In this document: positions 52,029 through 64,000 of the stretch, in pieces | Layout: each line of letters starts with the position of its first letter | Position numbering within the stretch: the first letter of the stretch is position 1 | Source of the DNA: Camelus ferus | Lineage: Eukaryota | DNA: 64,000 nucleotides | Reading direction: 5' to 3' | NCBI RefSeq assembly: GCF_009834535.1 | Contig: NC_045696.1 | Coordinates: 61,630,001-61,694,000, forward strand | Position numbers and translations under genes: made by a program | The notes under the pieces: model-generated | Databases searched by the model: none | Told to the model about the DNA's origin: nothing | What the model saw: the letters and a program-made list of their open reading frames with translations, nothing else

Positions 52029-55000
52029 TTTTCAACCTTGACTTTCTTGAACTAGATTTCTTTAACAATATTATCTTCCTCTGTTGCCTGGGTTTCACAT
52101 CATAGTACATCCTTCCTTCGAAAGAGAGATAACAACAACAAAAATTCCACTTTGATCGTAACAGTTGATTAAAAAGGGAAACTCCCTCCAGTTTTCTAAC
52201 TTTTCAAAAATGCTATGCTTTCCCCTTGAAAGAAAAGTAAGTTTTGCATCCCCCCCTTCATTCCCTACGGTTTTCCTAATGGGCAAATGTTGACTGCCTG
52301 GTAAGCGGAGACTAAGGCAAAGAGGTAGACATGTTTGCTGCTAGCATCACCCTAGGGGATGCTACATCCAGCTGTGTTTCTAAAGATAATGTTTTTCTAC
52401 TCCACTCTTCTTTACCAGAAGTTCCAACAGTATTTAAGTTATCTTCTGAACCGATTTTCATGGAAGACTGTTAAGTATTCTGCAATATATGTCATAGCCT
52501 AGAGAAAAGACCTTGCCAATGTGTCAAGTAACCACCAAAAGTGCAGCAGGTCTGCAGAAGGAGGGTCTCAGCTCTGACAGCTGGCTCTGCCAGGGAGTGG
52601 GGAGCATTGTGACACAGACAGAATTAAGTTTTCGTTTCCCTTTTGGTTTTGAAATAAAAACTGTCATTAACTGCAAAATGGCTACAAATTCTACTAACGC
52701 ATTCATCAGAACAAATACAATGCAAGTGTTCATGATGCCTGTGAAGACTGTACAAATGTAACCTGGGAATTGGTAGTTTAAATGATCATGATATAAGAGA
52801 GATTTAATATTATGTGGATTGGGTAAATATGAAAATGTGATGCAGCATATGAGGCATGACAAATTGTTGAGCAAAATCAATCAATTTAATGGATCCAGAG
52901 AATGGATCTGTTTAATGGATCTAGAGAAAGTAATTGCCCAAGATAAGGCAAAGAGATCAAGGTCTTTACCTAAGAGCCAATTTCACATGAACTTCAATGC
53001 CATTTGGATATGTGTATGAGGATAGATAAAGAAATTACACATTTTAAAAAGGGGGTCCAAAAATGGGAAAAAATTAGATCTCATCATTCTGCAAATATTA
53101 AAGGAATAAAAAAAAGGCTTAGTAGAAGAGTAAAAATGCAAAATGTACAAAAGTATGAAATAGTTCAGTGGAAATATTGTCCATAGGGCAAATTAATTTT
53201 AGAAAAAAGGATTAAAAAGGGGAAGAAAGTGAAATATTTGAGCTTGAAAGACAATTGAATTTTGAGATGAAAGAATTGTTTGTGTAAAGAATGCGTTCAC
53301 AAACAAGAAATTGGTACTTACGAAGTCAGTCCCTGGAATATAATCCTGTGTTGTGAAGGGAATCAAAGTACAAAGTCTTTTTTAAATGTGCTTTATTTAC
53401 TTCAGCTGCTGATAATTTTACTGAGGTTTTCAAGGTGGGGAGATGTTCCTACAACTACTGAGCTTTCTCTGGGTTTTTTGGGTCTCTCACTTCCCATCCC
53501 ATTTCCCTCAGAAGGCAGAACATCTTTGTTGGTACTTTTTGAGTTTATTCAGACCAAGGGTGAAATCTTTTAACAATTGGATTTTTTTTTTCTTTTTGGT
53601 AGATGTTAACTTGAGTACTCTCCCCTTTTTGGTGTTTAAGATCTTGCAGACAGGTACAATTTGTTTCTCAGGTTTCAGAGGAAGATATTGCTGATACTTC
53701 TTTAATTACATGAGAAGATGAGCCTCTGGTGGCAGGCATGATTTCCGGTCAGGTCATCACTAAATTTATCATCCTTTTCCTTTCTGATTTATTTAACCTT
53801 TTTTCTCCCCAGTTTGCACCCACTCATCCCCCTTTGCCTTTTCTTTCATCTTTAGGTGCTTTTCTTGGATGTATTTTTGAGAGTTCATGACCAAATTTGA
53901 TTTCTTTTGGGGGGCTTAATTTTCCAGTGTTGATTTCTTTGCCCCATAAATGTAAGCCTCTGAATCTTTGGAAAATGTTGAACTTGCTGTTCATTTTTAT
54001 ATTTTGTTCATAGTTCTAATCACTGTATCATTTAGGGGACTGTGATCCTGTTGCATGGTAACCAAGATGGTGACTGCCATGGCTTGTTTGTTAAGACTTA
54101 ACTATTGCCTGAACTTTCATGTCTATGAGGTTTGTTCATTTTTAGAGGACAACTGAAGTTTGAGTTGCTAGCCCAAACTACGAGGTTCTCATATTACTAG
54201 GTTTCAATATTAAATTCTAGATTTTGCTTAATTTCTGGTGGTGGATGACAGTATTCAGCACCTCCTTTGAAATAACTGAGTTGAGCCTCTTTTGGAAGCT
54301 TGTATCAAACAAGGGAAGGTTGCTGATTGAATGGTCCTGCTCCTTTGAGTCCTCAATGGCTAACAATTTATATCTTTCATGGGACATCTTCTTTTTCCCT
54401 GTCCCAAGCTGCTGTTTTCCACATAGTTTTTTGTTTTATTTTGTCTTGTTTTACCAACCATTTGATGGTAAGTCTTTCCACCGTCAGTTCCTGAGGTCTG
54501 ATAGGTAGGAAGGTAGGTCTGGGTGTAGAATCTACTCTGAGGTTACCCAAGGTAGAAGAGCAGCACTGGAGTAGCAGAAAGAGCCTTAAGCTGGGAGGTT
54601 ATACTTGACTCCTAACTCGATGTGCACACTTAAGTCCACACATTTCCCTCCTAGACTTCACCTTCCCCACCTAGAAAATAGGGAGGTTGAGCTAGATAAT
54701 CTCTTCTTCTGCAAGTCCAACATTCCATCATTCTCCAGTGCTTTCTGTTCAGCTTTCTGGGTGTAGTAGGCAAGCATTATAAAGATTTATAAATAAAAGG
54801 TTAATTAAAGATAATATTATAATGAATGGGGGTCAGCCTAGTTAAGAAATGAAACAATACGGAGGTGCCTGGTTTACTGATGGCCCAAAGGTGATGATGA
54901 AGCAGCCTTACCTTCTGTTGCCCACTTTTATCTTACTGTGTGTAACTGTGAGCTTCCAGATTTGTGAGAACACTTACATGGATTTTGTTTGTTTGTTTGT

Positions 55001-57163
55001 TTGTTTGTTGTCTGCAAAGGTTTTAGCCAACTCATATCCATTCCTGGTCCAGGAACCCTCTGAGACTCGTATGTCTCAGATTTACCCTTCTCACCAGGGT
55101 CCCAGGATGCACCTAAGGGATACTGGTCAGTAACCTTCCTCTTCATGCCCCTAAAATGGCCTGGAATTCCCCTCTGCCACAAACCAACTGACAGTAACTG
55201 AGGAGGAGAGGGCAATAGGAAGGTTAGAAGTTACTGAGCATGACTAGGGACTGCTCTGCAGGAGAACTGCCCACGGGTTTCTTGGTATCAGTCAACAGGA
55301 GCTTAAAAAAACAAAGCAGCTTCATCAGCCCACCATACATCCTCAAATCTGATGTCCTAATCAGGGAATTACAGCTCAGTGTCTTCCCTATGATTTCAAC
55401 ATCATAGATCTTTCAGGTTTGTTAATGTTCAGAATATTCAGTCATTTGCTTGGGGCTTATTTCAAGCCCAGATGCACAGAAATACCTTACTTTTTGTTCC
55501 ATGCCCTTCAGTGTTCTATAATGAGGGAACAGGGCACAGAGCCCTAGCCCTAAGCCAGTCATTCATTCTGCAAATATTTTTTGAGCCCCTGCCACGTGCC
55601 AGGCACTTCTTAGCCCTGGGAATACAGATAAAGCTATTTTTCTTCTCACTGGTAGCACTTATCATTACTTTTCTTCACTTCCATTTTTCAGAGCCTCTAC
55701 TGTTCTTCACTCTCCTCAGTATCCTTGAGAGTTGGTACTGAACCACTTTGGTTAAAATACACCTGAGGTACTCCTTGCTATATCTGGGCACTTACCACAC
55801 CAGTGTAGCCCATGTGCCATATAAGCTCTTTTCTGTGTCTTCAGTTTTCTGTTTAATGTGCTCCTGAGAGAGCAGTTTCGGTTCCTGGGTCAACCATGCA
55901 TTTGCCACATAATACAAATCTACACACTGCCTCTTTCTATTCCTGATCCCAAAGCTGGGTGACACAGAACATCAATCCATCACAGATCCAGTCATCCAAA
56001 AGACACTTTAGTCCAGGCTCTGAGCCTCAGAATCTCAAAGAAACTAGAAATCAAGTAAAGTAATACTAGCTTGAGCCCTAGTGCCAGTCAACTGCTTGTT
56101 TACATTCAAATCCATACTTTAACCTTACCTGCTTTGCTCTGTATCCATCCCTACTAATACAAAGAAATGATTAGATAAGTAAATAAGTGGAGAAGAGACA
56201 AGTACAGAAGAATTTCAAATAATGCATGTAGACACTTCCCACTCTAGGAGGTGAACTTAGTCTCCACCCATCACCCTTGTTTTTGAATTTGAGCTTGTAC
56301 TTAGTGACTGGCTCCCAAAGAATAGTGTACAGAGGGTGGAAAATGGCAGCTTTACTGTGGCGAGACCTAGCAGATATTATTCTAACCAAGTGATCAAAGT
56401 CAACATCACCAGGGGTGTCATGTGATATTATGCACGCCTGATACGATGTGATGAGATGGACACATTGCCTTGGGGTATTCTTTCCAAAAATTCATCATCT
56501 CAATCTGATCATAAGAAAAACAGAAGACAAAACCAATTTGAGGGACTTTCTACAACATAGTTGAGCAGTACTCCTCAAAACTGTCAAGGTCACATAAAGC
56601 TACAAGGATGTATTGTACAACATGGGGTATATAGCAAACATTGTACAATAACTATAAGTGGAGTATAACCTTTAAAAGTTGTGAATCACTAGGTGGTATA
56701 CCTGTAAGTTATATAATATTGTACATCAACTATATTTCATTTTAAAAAGACTATCAGGGTCATGAAAAACAAGGAAAGACTAAGAAACTAAACACAATGC
56801 AGTATCCTAGATTACTGGAACAAAAGTCATTAATTAATTTAAAAATCTAATAAAATATGAGTCTGGAGTTTAGCTAATAGTAATGTGCCAATATTGGTTT
56901 CTTAGTTTTGACCAGAGGGAACAAACTGGGTGAGAGGGGTAAGGGAACTTGATGTATTAGCTTTGTAAATCTTCTGTAAATCTAACAGTATTCCAAATAA
57001 AAGTTTATTTTATAAAATTTCTAGCAAGACTGATCAAGAGGAAAAAATACAAATTATCTATATCAGGAATGAAAATAAGAATATTGCTGCAGATCTTATA
57101 ACATTAAAAAGATAATACAATGGTATAACTATCTTTATGCAACAAATTTAACAATTTAGATGA

Positions 57164-57299
57164 GGGGGAAGATATAGCTCAATGGTAGAACATATGCTTA
57201 GCATCCATGAGGTCCTGGGTTCAATCCCCAGTATCTCTATTAAATAAATAAAAATAAACCTAATTGCTCCCCCTAAAAAAACCACACAAACAAAAAATA
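57164..57299 (+). mobile_element. tRNA-derived SINE (camelid vic-1-like)
   Basis: 'gggggaagatatagctcaatggtagaac...gtcctgggttcaatcccc' (A and B boxes); TSD tttagatga on both sides. Confidence 0.87.
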
Positions 57300-58299
57300 T
57301 TTTAGATGAAATTAGCAAATTTCTTGAAATACACAAGTAAGTAAAACTGATAGAAGAAAAAAAAATCTGAATAGTTCTACAAACTGAATATGTAATTTAA
57401 ATCTTCCCACAAAGAAGAGTGAAAATCAAGCCTTGTATTGGAGATTTTCACAATATGTATAGTCAACAAAGGACTTATTATCAGACTACATAAAGAATTC
57501 CTTAAAAAAAAAAAAAGAATTTCTACAAATCAATAAGGAAAAGACAAAGACAAGCCTAATTTTTTTTAAAAAAGTGGACAAAAGATACAAACAAGATTTC
57601 ACAAAAGAGGCTATCAAATGGGCAAATAAACAATGAAAAGATGATCAAATACAGAAAATGCAATTAAATTCACAAACATTTACTAATAACTATTCACTGC
57701 AATGGCTCAAATTTAAAACACAGACAATACCAATTATGGATGAATATATGGACCAACTGAACTCTATCCATTGATGGTGAGAATGTACATTCATGCAACT
57801 TTGGGACATTGCAGGATAGTATGTGCTAAAGCTAACTGTATGCCTGTCCTACAACCCAACAATCCCATTCCTAGTATACATCCAAGAAAAGTGAGTCCAC
57901 CAAAATACATGTGCAAGAACATTTCTAGCAGGTTTATTCATAATAACCAAGCTCTGGCAACAGCCTCAGAGGGCTGGATAACCAAATTGTGATACATTCA
58001 TATAATGGAGTACTGCACAGCAGTATGAAACAGTGAATTACTGCTACATGCCCCAGTGAATTAATCTCACTGCCCTTTGTCAAGCAAAGAAACCGGGTGC
58101 CAAAGAGTACATGCTGTTTAATATTCAAGACAAAATGGAAACAATCTATGGTAGTAGAAGTAGTTGTAAGCATTAGGGTGTTGGGTATTGACAAGGAAGG
58201 GGCATAAGGAAGACTTCTGGGGTGCTGGAGAAGTACTATATCTCCATCCTGCTATTACATGGATGTATATATATGTAAATAGTCATTGGATTGAACATT

Positions 58300-58442
58300 T
58301 TATTTTTATTTTATTTTAAAAAAAAATTTTTATCGGGGGGATTAGGTTTATTTATTTATTTTTAGAGGAGGCACTAGGATTGAACCCAGGACCTTGTATA
58401 TGCTGAACATGCACTTTACCACTTGAGCTATGCCTTCCCCTC
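58300..58442 (-). mobile_element. tRNA-derived SINE (camelid vic-1-like)
   Basis: 'ggattgaacccaggacc...acttgagctatgccttcccc'. Confidence 0.82.
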
Positions 58443-60230
58443 CAAACTGCACATTTTAAATTAATGCACTTTGCTACCCTTCTATAAAAGAACTATGGAA
58501 CAACAGTAGTAGCCAATCTAGACAATAATAACAATGTAGACAACAGATAATGAAAGTCTGGATCAAAGCAGTGAATGTGGAGATGGATGCCAAGGCAGGG
58601 GTGTTGTAATTTCTGAGTTGACTCTTCAGGACTTCCTGAGACTCAACAGACAGCTCCCTACAAAGACAGAAAAGTGTAAAAATAGCCACCCCATAACAAC
58701 TAAATATATTTCTCTTTTCAGTTTTATCTTGTGCTTTAGTGGAGACTGTTGCTTTAAAAATTTGATTTAAGCGTTTTCTCAAAAAGTGAAATTCCAAAGT
58801 GTTACAGCCTAGCTTAGAAAACTTGCCAAGGGGCTTATTAATTAGCACACTGTGCTACTGCCTGTGAGAGAGAAAAAGAAAGAAAGAAAGAAAAAAGAGC
58901 TGTGAGAAACAGGCCCTGAATAACAGAAAGAAGGAAAGATATTTCCTCCAACAAGCAGGGAAGAAGGGATGTAGGTGACAACCCTTCCTCCCTGTGCTTT
59001 TCCTTCATGCAAGGAGAGGCCGGTATGTTTGCTGAGGGGATTTTTCTCTATAACAGTGTGTAAACAAAATACTGTGAACCAACCTAAGGCAACTGGGCCA
59101 TTGATAATTATTAGGGTCTACCTGGTAGTTAACAGATGATGACAGTAGGTCTCCTGACCCACAACCTTGCCGCTACAATGAAAGCAAGTCTCGGCCCAAG
59201 TCTGGCCACCCACATAATGTTTATTACCAGGCAGGACTAGAAACCAGTCTTCAAACTTGTTCTGTGGACTTGATGAAGCCCCACTTCTCCATCCTTTTAA
59301 GTGCTCCATTTCACTTGAAATGAATAAGACCTGAGTCTCCTGTGAGGATTCAGCTACCATCTTGTCAAACTCAAAGGGCCAAGACTCCTCTGAATCAGTG
59401 ACTGGATTACAGGACCATTTAGGAGACAAGCCCAGATGCCATTCTACAGGGCTTGGGCCACCAACCTGTGGCCTTGACCGTGCAACGGCAGGGATGCTCT
59501 TCAATATTTCCAGAGAATCTATACCTCTTGGGACACTACTAATGTCACCAGGGAAACATCTCTAATATCCATTATGCTAGTTAACCCAGCCTCTGGTGTG
59601 AACTGGACCAGGAATATGGGAGGTGTCTGATGTCTGCTTAGGACATCTGGCTGCCATCCCAAGCTTGTAGGTCCATCCAGTCCACCTCACATGCATTTAT
59701 AGCACTGTGATTCTGCTGAATCTGGTAAAGTAAATTACAGACAACAGAACAGAAGCTGTCACAGAAGTGATTTCTTAACGGAGGGACATAAAAGTCAGGG
59801 TGGTGGAAAGGAACAAGGCTCTCTCTTTGACGTTAGGCCCAGGGATGAAAGAAGGATTATGAATCACAAAAATTATGAATAAGTGAGAGAAAATAGGAAA
59901 AAAGAAGCAGTTACAGTAACATTGTTTAAAGTTTTCTTAATTTATTGCCCTTCATTTAAAAACCAAAGAGGGGGGTGGTGTAAACATTGAAAAAAAAACT
60001 GGAAATCATAGCCACAAACTCAGGAGAGCTCTAAAAGAGCCTACAAGATGGATTACCAAAACCAGTATTCAAATCTACCTCTGCCGCTCACATGATGCTA
60101 TGTTGCCTACTTTTTACTTCTCTCTGCTTAGTTTCTTAATTTCTGTAATAGGAACAGTAATTCTTCTATGAGGAAATCCTCTGCAAGAAAACCCAAACTC
60201 AGCCGATTCAAAGATCTGACATTGGCACAC

Positions 60231-60249
60231 TCCTGCCCCCTGGTGGCGA
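60231..60249 (-). promoter_or_regulatory. CTCF binding motif
   Basis: The reverse strand reads TCGCCACCAGGGGGCAGGA, a near-consensus CTCF core (CCASYAGRKGGC). Confidence 0.75.
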
Positions 60250-63200
60250 TTTTAAGAACTCTGTGGGCTGCAGTAAGGGCAAAAATGTGGAAACTGTAAA
60301 ACAAAAATCATGAGATGTCTTCCTTGTAATGCACACTAGCTTTTTAATCGCTAATTCCTCCTCAATGCTTTTTCCCTCCTCCTACTATCAGCAGTGCAAA
60401 CATACAGTGCAGGAAATTTCAGGAGTCATCCAAAGGAATTATAGTATATTTATTTTCATTTGTATTTTTTCTTCTCCTCCAGATAACATGGATCTGTGGA
60501 GCATACTGTGTCTTTTATGTCATTAGAATTGCTTTTTTTAGGAGATGTAACCACAGAGTGAAAGCTGTGGGAGCTATATAAAATCTAGCTGGAGGTTATT
60601 TAAATATTGAAACTTGTAGCACTAGCAGGTAGAGAGAATATGAAAAGAATTCAAGATTGAATGAACCAGTAAATAGATTAACTGGATGTGATTAAGAAGT
60701 GAAGTAATTGATTTGTGGAACTTGACCCATCCTAATTAGGTGATAAAATGGAAAGAATCTCAAATAATTAGTAGGACTTGTAATTGGACTCAAGGGAATA
60801 GGATTATTAATCCAACCCCATTGGTAGAACAAATTCTTTTTTTTTAAGTAGGTATTTTCCTGTCTATGGAATGTGTATCTACTTTTACTTTTTTTATAAG
60901 CAACTTTACTGTGGTGTGATTCTTGAACAGTAAACTACACAAATTTCAGATGTACAGTTTGATGAATTTTGATGGATGTATGCACCTGTGAAACCACCAC
61001 CACAATCAAGATGCCTAACATTTCCATCACTCTCCAGGAGGCGCAGATTTCAAGCTCCCAGTTTGTCCCTTCCACCCGCTTTACCCCTGGTGACCATAAA
61101 TTTGTCCTCTATGTCTACCCTTACTTCAACCTCACCGACTCCCCCGTGTAAATCTCTCTAAATAAATATACTTTTACTCAAAAAAAAATATATATATATA
61201 TCAGGTGTTTTCCCACTTTTCTTGACTGTTGAATGTGAGTTGGAGAGAGAAGCAAAGGAAGAAGTGAGAGAAATAGGAGGAAGATCGTAGAAGTGGGGGT
61301 GAGTGGGACCCAAGTCCTGGCAGATCGAGTCTTGCCCTGCTCCTCAGCTGGCTTGGTGCCAGCCCCCAGGCCCTTCCCCCAACTTGTGACCTTGGTTCCC
61401 TCACATTGCCTCTTGGTTGACCAGGGCTTCTGCTCTGTCATCTCACCTGGACGTCCCTCAGTGGGTCCTGGCCAGGACCCCATTGCTACCCTTAACATCT
61501 GGATCTTTCATCTGCTACACTCTCTTCTACTGATGCTGACTCGAGCCTAGTCTGAGTAAGGTTATGATGTGGCTGAGGCATTTGGCTGTGATTCAAGAGT
61601 CCTGGAAGGAGTCTTGGTTTCCAGCTCCAACCTGGAAATTAACCAAGCCACAATCTCCTGGAGCCTTGGTTTCCTTATCTGTAAAACAGGTATATCTATC
61701 TTCCCTAGCTCTGTGAAGGATCGAATGTAAGTGCTTATAAAAGGTAAGGCTTTTATACCATGGTAAAGCAGTGTCGTTAATAGCTAGTTGATGATAACCG
61801 GCCACCTCCAGCCTTCCCCATGAGAACCTCAGCCTGCTTTCAGGCTGTCTGCCTCCTGCTACTCTTTTCCCTTTCCCTATCAACATCTGCTCTTTGTATA
61901 CGATTGCTATTTACTTTTACACCTTAATAGTATTAAATCAGAGATTTAGACAATTAGAGCCAAGATAGTTATACCTTGTCCAGAGGTATTTGCATATTAA
62001 ACCTTATCTCTGAGTGGTAAAAATGTTTCGCTCTTGTTTAAGAAATGTTAACCAACAATTTGGGGTAGGAGAGAAAAGCAGACTTTCCTTGTGCTTGGAA
62101 ATCACTTAATTCATACCAGAATTATCCCATCTGAGCTGGAATTTGAAGAGAATCATAGGATCAGTGTTTTTATTTTATTTTATTTTTTTGCTCCAAAATA
62201 TTTTATTAAAAGTTTTATATAAAAAAGATAGATATGTATCACACTGAATAATGTGCATTGAAAGCATGTGTATGGGTGTATTCCCTAATTTCTCTATAAA
62301 ATTAACCAGCCATAATGGAGTTAGAGTACATATATTCATTTTTGGGAGGGAATCCTTCAGAGTACAAAATGTAGTGTTTTTTAAGTGCAAAAAAAGCTTA
62401 TAATAAGATAGACTTTTAAAATTACAAATAAAAATCTGTACATCAAGGATATTTTTCAGGCCTTTCTGTGTGCATAGCACTGTGTAGAAAGAGAAGAGGA
62501 CCTGCCCAGAGAGGACCCATCCCATCAGGTGTTACAGGTCTTGCAGGACCATCTTCTCTTTCCTCAAGGGAAATGTGTCGATCAGGTTGAAAAGGGCCAC
62601 AGGCGTCACCAGGGAGACATAGCGCTCCTTGTTTTAGAGACTTGAATTCCATTTTTTTCTATGCATATGGTTTGTTTTTTAATTGGGGTCATATTACATT
62701 TATGATTAACATCTGATGGACCAACATGGTCCACTGAAAGACATAATTGTTAGGTGGTTTGATGCACAAATTCCAGAGCCAGGTGACTTCAGTTCAAATC
62801 CTAGCTCTCCCATGTGTTATCTGTGTGTCCTTGGGGAGGTTATTAAACTGCTCTGTGCCTCAGTTTCCTTATCTACAAAATAGGCTTATTGGGAGGGTTA
62901 AATAAGTGAATAGGTCGAAAACACTTAGAACAGTGTTCAACACTTAGTAAGGATTAGCTAGTATTTATTATAATTACATGTTAAAAGTTCGAGCCATCCA
63001 GAAATTTATTTTTAAAAATTTAAGAAAATCTCACTTAAACTCCTCCCACTTTAACTTCACTCCCCTCTCCACAGGCAATGATTAACAGTTAACTTGTGAC
63101 AATCCTTCAAGAGTTTTTATTGATTTCTTTTAATGATGGGAATATAAAATGCTCACTATCTGGCAACTTGTTTTTCTCACTTAACTATGCAGCTAAGAGG

Positions 63201-64000
63201 TATTTCCAGGTCACTAGTCTACCTCCTTGTTTTGATGGGCTTTACAATATGCCACGACATGAACACGCCACAATTTACTTATTGATGGATATTTGGGTTG
63301 TTTCCAATTCTCCACTATTATGTTCACTTTTTACTCGCTCTTTTCTTTTTGTCATTCAAAATCATCACACTGAAAATTTAGCAGGGCTTCCTCATTGCAC
63401 CACCATAGCTCATTTCCTATTGAGCAAACTTCTTCCTCAGGTCAGCTCTTGCCACACGCTGCAGGGGTGGGGGCTTTTTCCACGGAAAGAAGAAGTGGAA
63501 TTATCTATCCTAGGCCTTAGGAGCAAACATGCTCAGTCCCTTGACAGTGATGCCCACGCTGCCTGGCCCACATAGCACTGCTGCCCCTGGGGCTCCCGAA
63601 CAGCCCAATAACCTGAAACAACAAAATCAGCATCACTTTCCCTCCAGTGTGGTTGATGGCACTTGGTAAGTTTTAATAGATCTGGCAACAGACAGGATGC
63701 CTTCCCACAACACAGAAGAGATGCGAACCCTTTTTTGAAGCTTTCCCAATTGCCTCGGCCTATACTAATACTTCCCTTTTCCGAATTTCTTCAGCAAGAA
63801 TGCCTTCTAAGTGCACAACACCTTGTGAGGGTGAACCCCTGGGCCACAGAACCATGAGTTGTGGGAAGGTGTGAAATAGAAGACCATCACATACCCAAAT
63901 CTCATAGAAATCATGCTATTGTAAGAGGAGAGGCCCAGACGCAGAGACACTATGGAATATATTGGAGTTAATATGAACAAAAGGAAAGGGTAGATTTGAT

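Larger units (their letters stand above)
56165..58475 (+). mobile_element. Cluster of old LINE-1 pieces (L1MC/L1MD-like 3' UTR, ORF2 remnants) with nested younger inserts
   Basis: 'aaccaagtgatcaaagtcaacatcacca...gtactcctcaaaactgtcaaggtca', ORF2-like A-rich text at 57020-58050, and nested SINEs. Confidence 0.8.
49640..63806 (-). pseudogene. Candidate decayed multi-exon gene (unitary-pseudogene-like), family unrecognised; 5' end probably lies beyond the window
   Basis: Minus-strand AG acceptors open segments at 63806, 63612, 62658, 60573, 59721, 58657, 56043, 55197, 54497, 52498, 50576 and 50150. GT donors follow 60406, 59228, 56129, 53322 and 50230. Intron-sized gaps of 88, 85 and 79 nt. The frames are K/E/S-rich with stops and frameshifts. 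Confidence 0.55.

Noticed and set aside
52342..52365. Short near-palindrome tagcatcaccctaggggatgcta
   Set aside because: Too short and isolated to distinguish from chance.
57164..57240. tRNA-like sequence with A and B boxes
   Set aside because: It is a SINE head with a tail and TSD, not a complete tRNA gene.
46000..64000. Expected neighbour CEP19
   Set aside because: No CEP19-like peptide found in the ORF track or in the minus-strand segments I translated; presumably outside the window.

Overview
Mammalian genomic DNA, probably camelid: five copies of a tRNA-derived SINE resemble the camelid vic-1 type. It contains one intact protein-coding gene, NRROS (LRRC33), on the + strand. NRROS has a CpG-island promoter and non-coding exon 1 (donor at 22984), exon 2 (40164-40284, ATG at 40177) and a large exon 3 (43774-45744). 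Together these give a 692-aa LRR type-I membrane protein. Most of the rest is transposable-element-derived (L1, L2, MIR, MaLR/ERV LTRs, hAT and Tigger DNA elements). The most unusual signal is on the minus strand from about 49.6 kb to the window end. It is an ordered series of about 12 exon-like segments with recognisable splice acceptors and donors, three 79-88 nt intron-like gaps and stop/frameshift-riddled protein-like frames. I read this as a candidate decayed multi-exon gene convergent with NRROS, and I could not name its family. Other notable items: a spliced uORF ending 1 nt before the NRROS start codon, a solo LTR with six tandem CCAAT boxes, a ~150-bp-arm inverted repeat, short retrocopied mRNA 3' ends and a strong CTCF site. 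Repeat subfamily names come from remembered consensus sequences and their boundaries are approximate.
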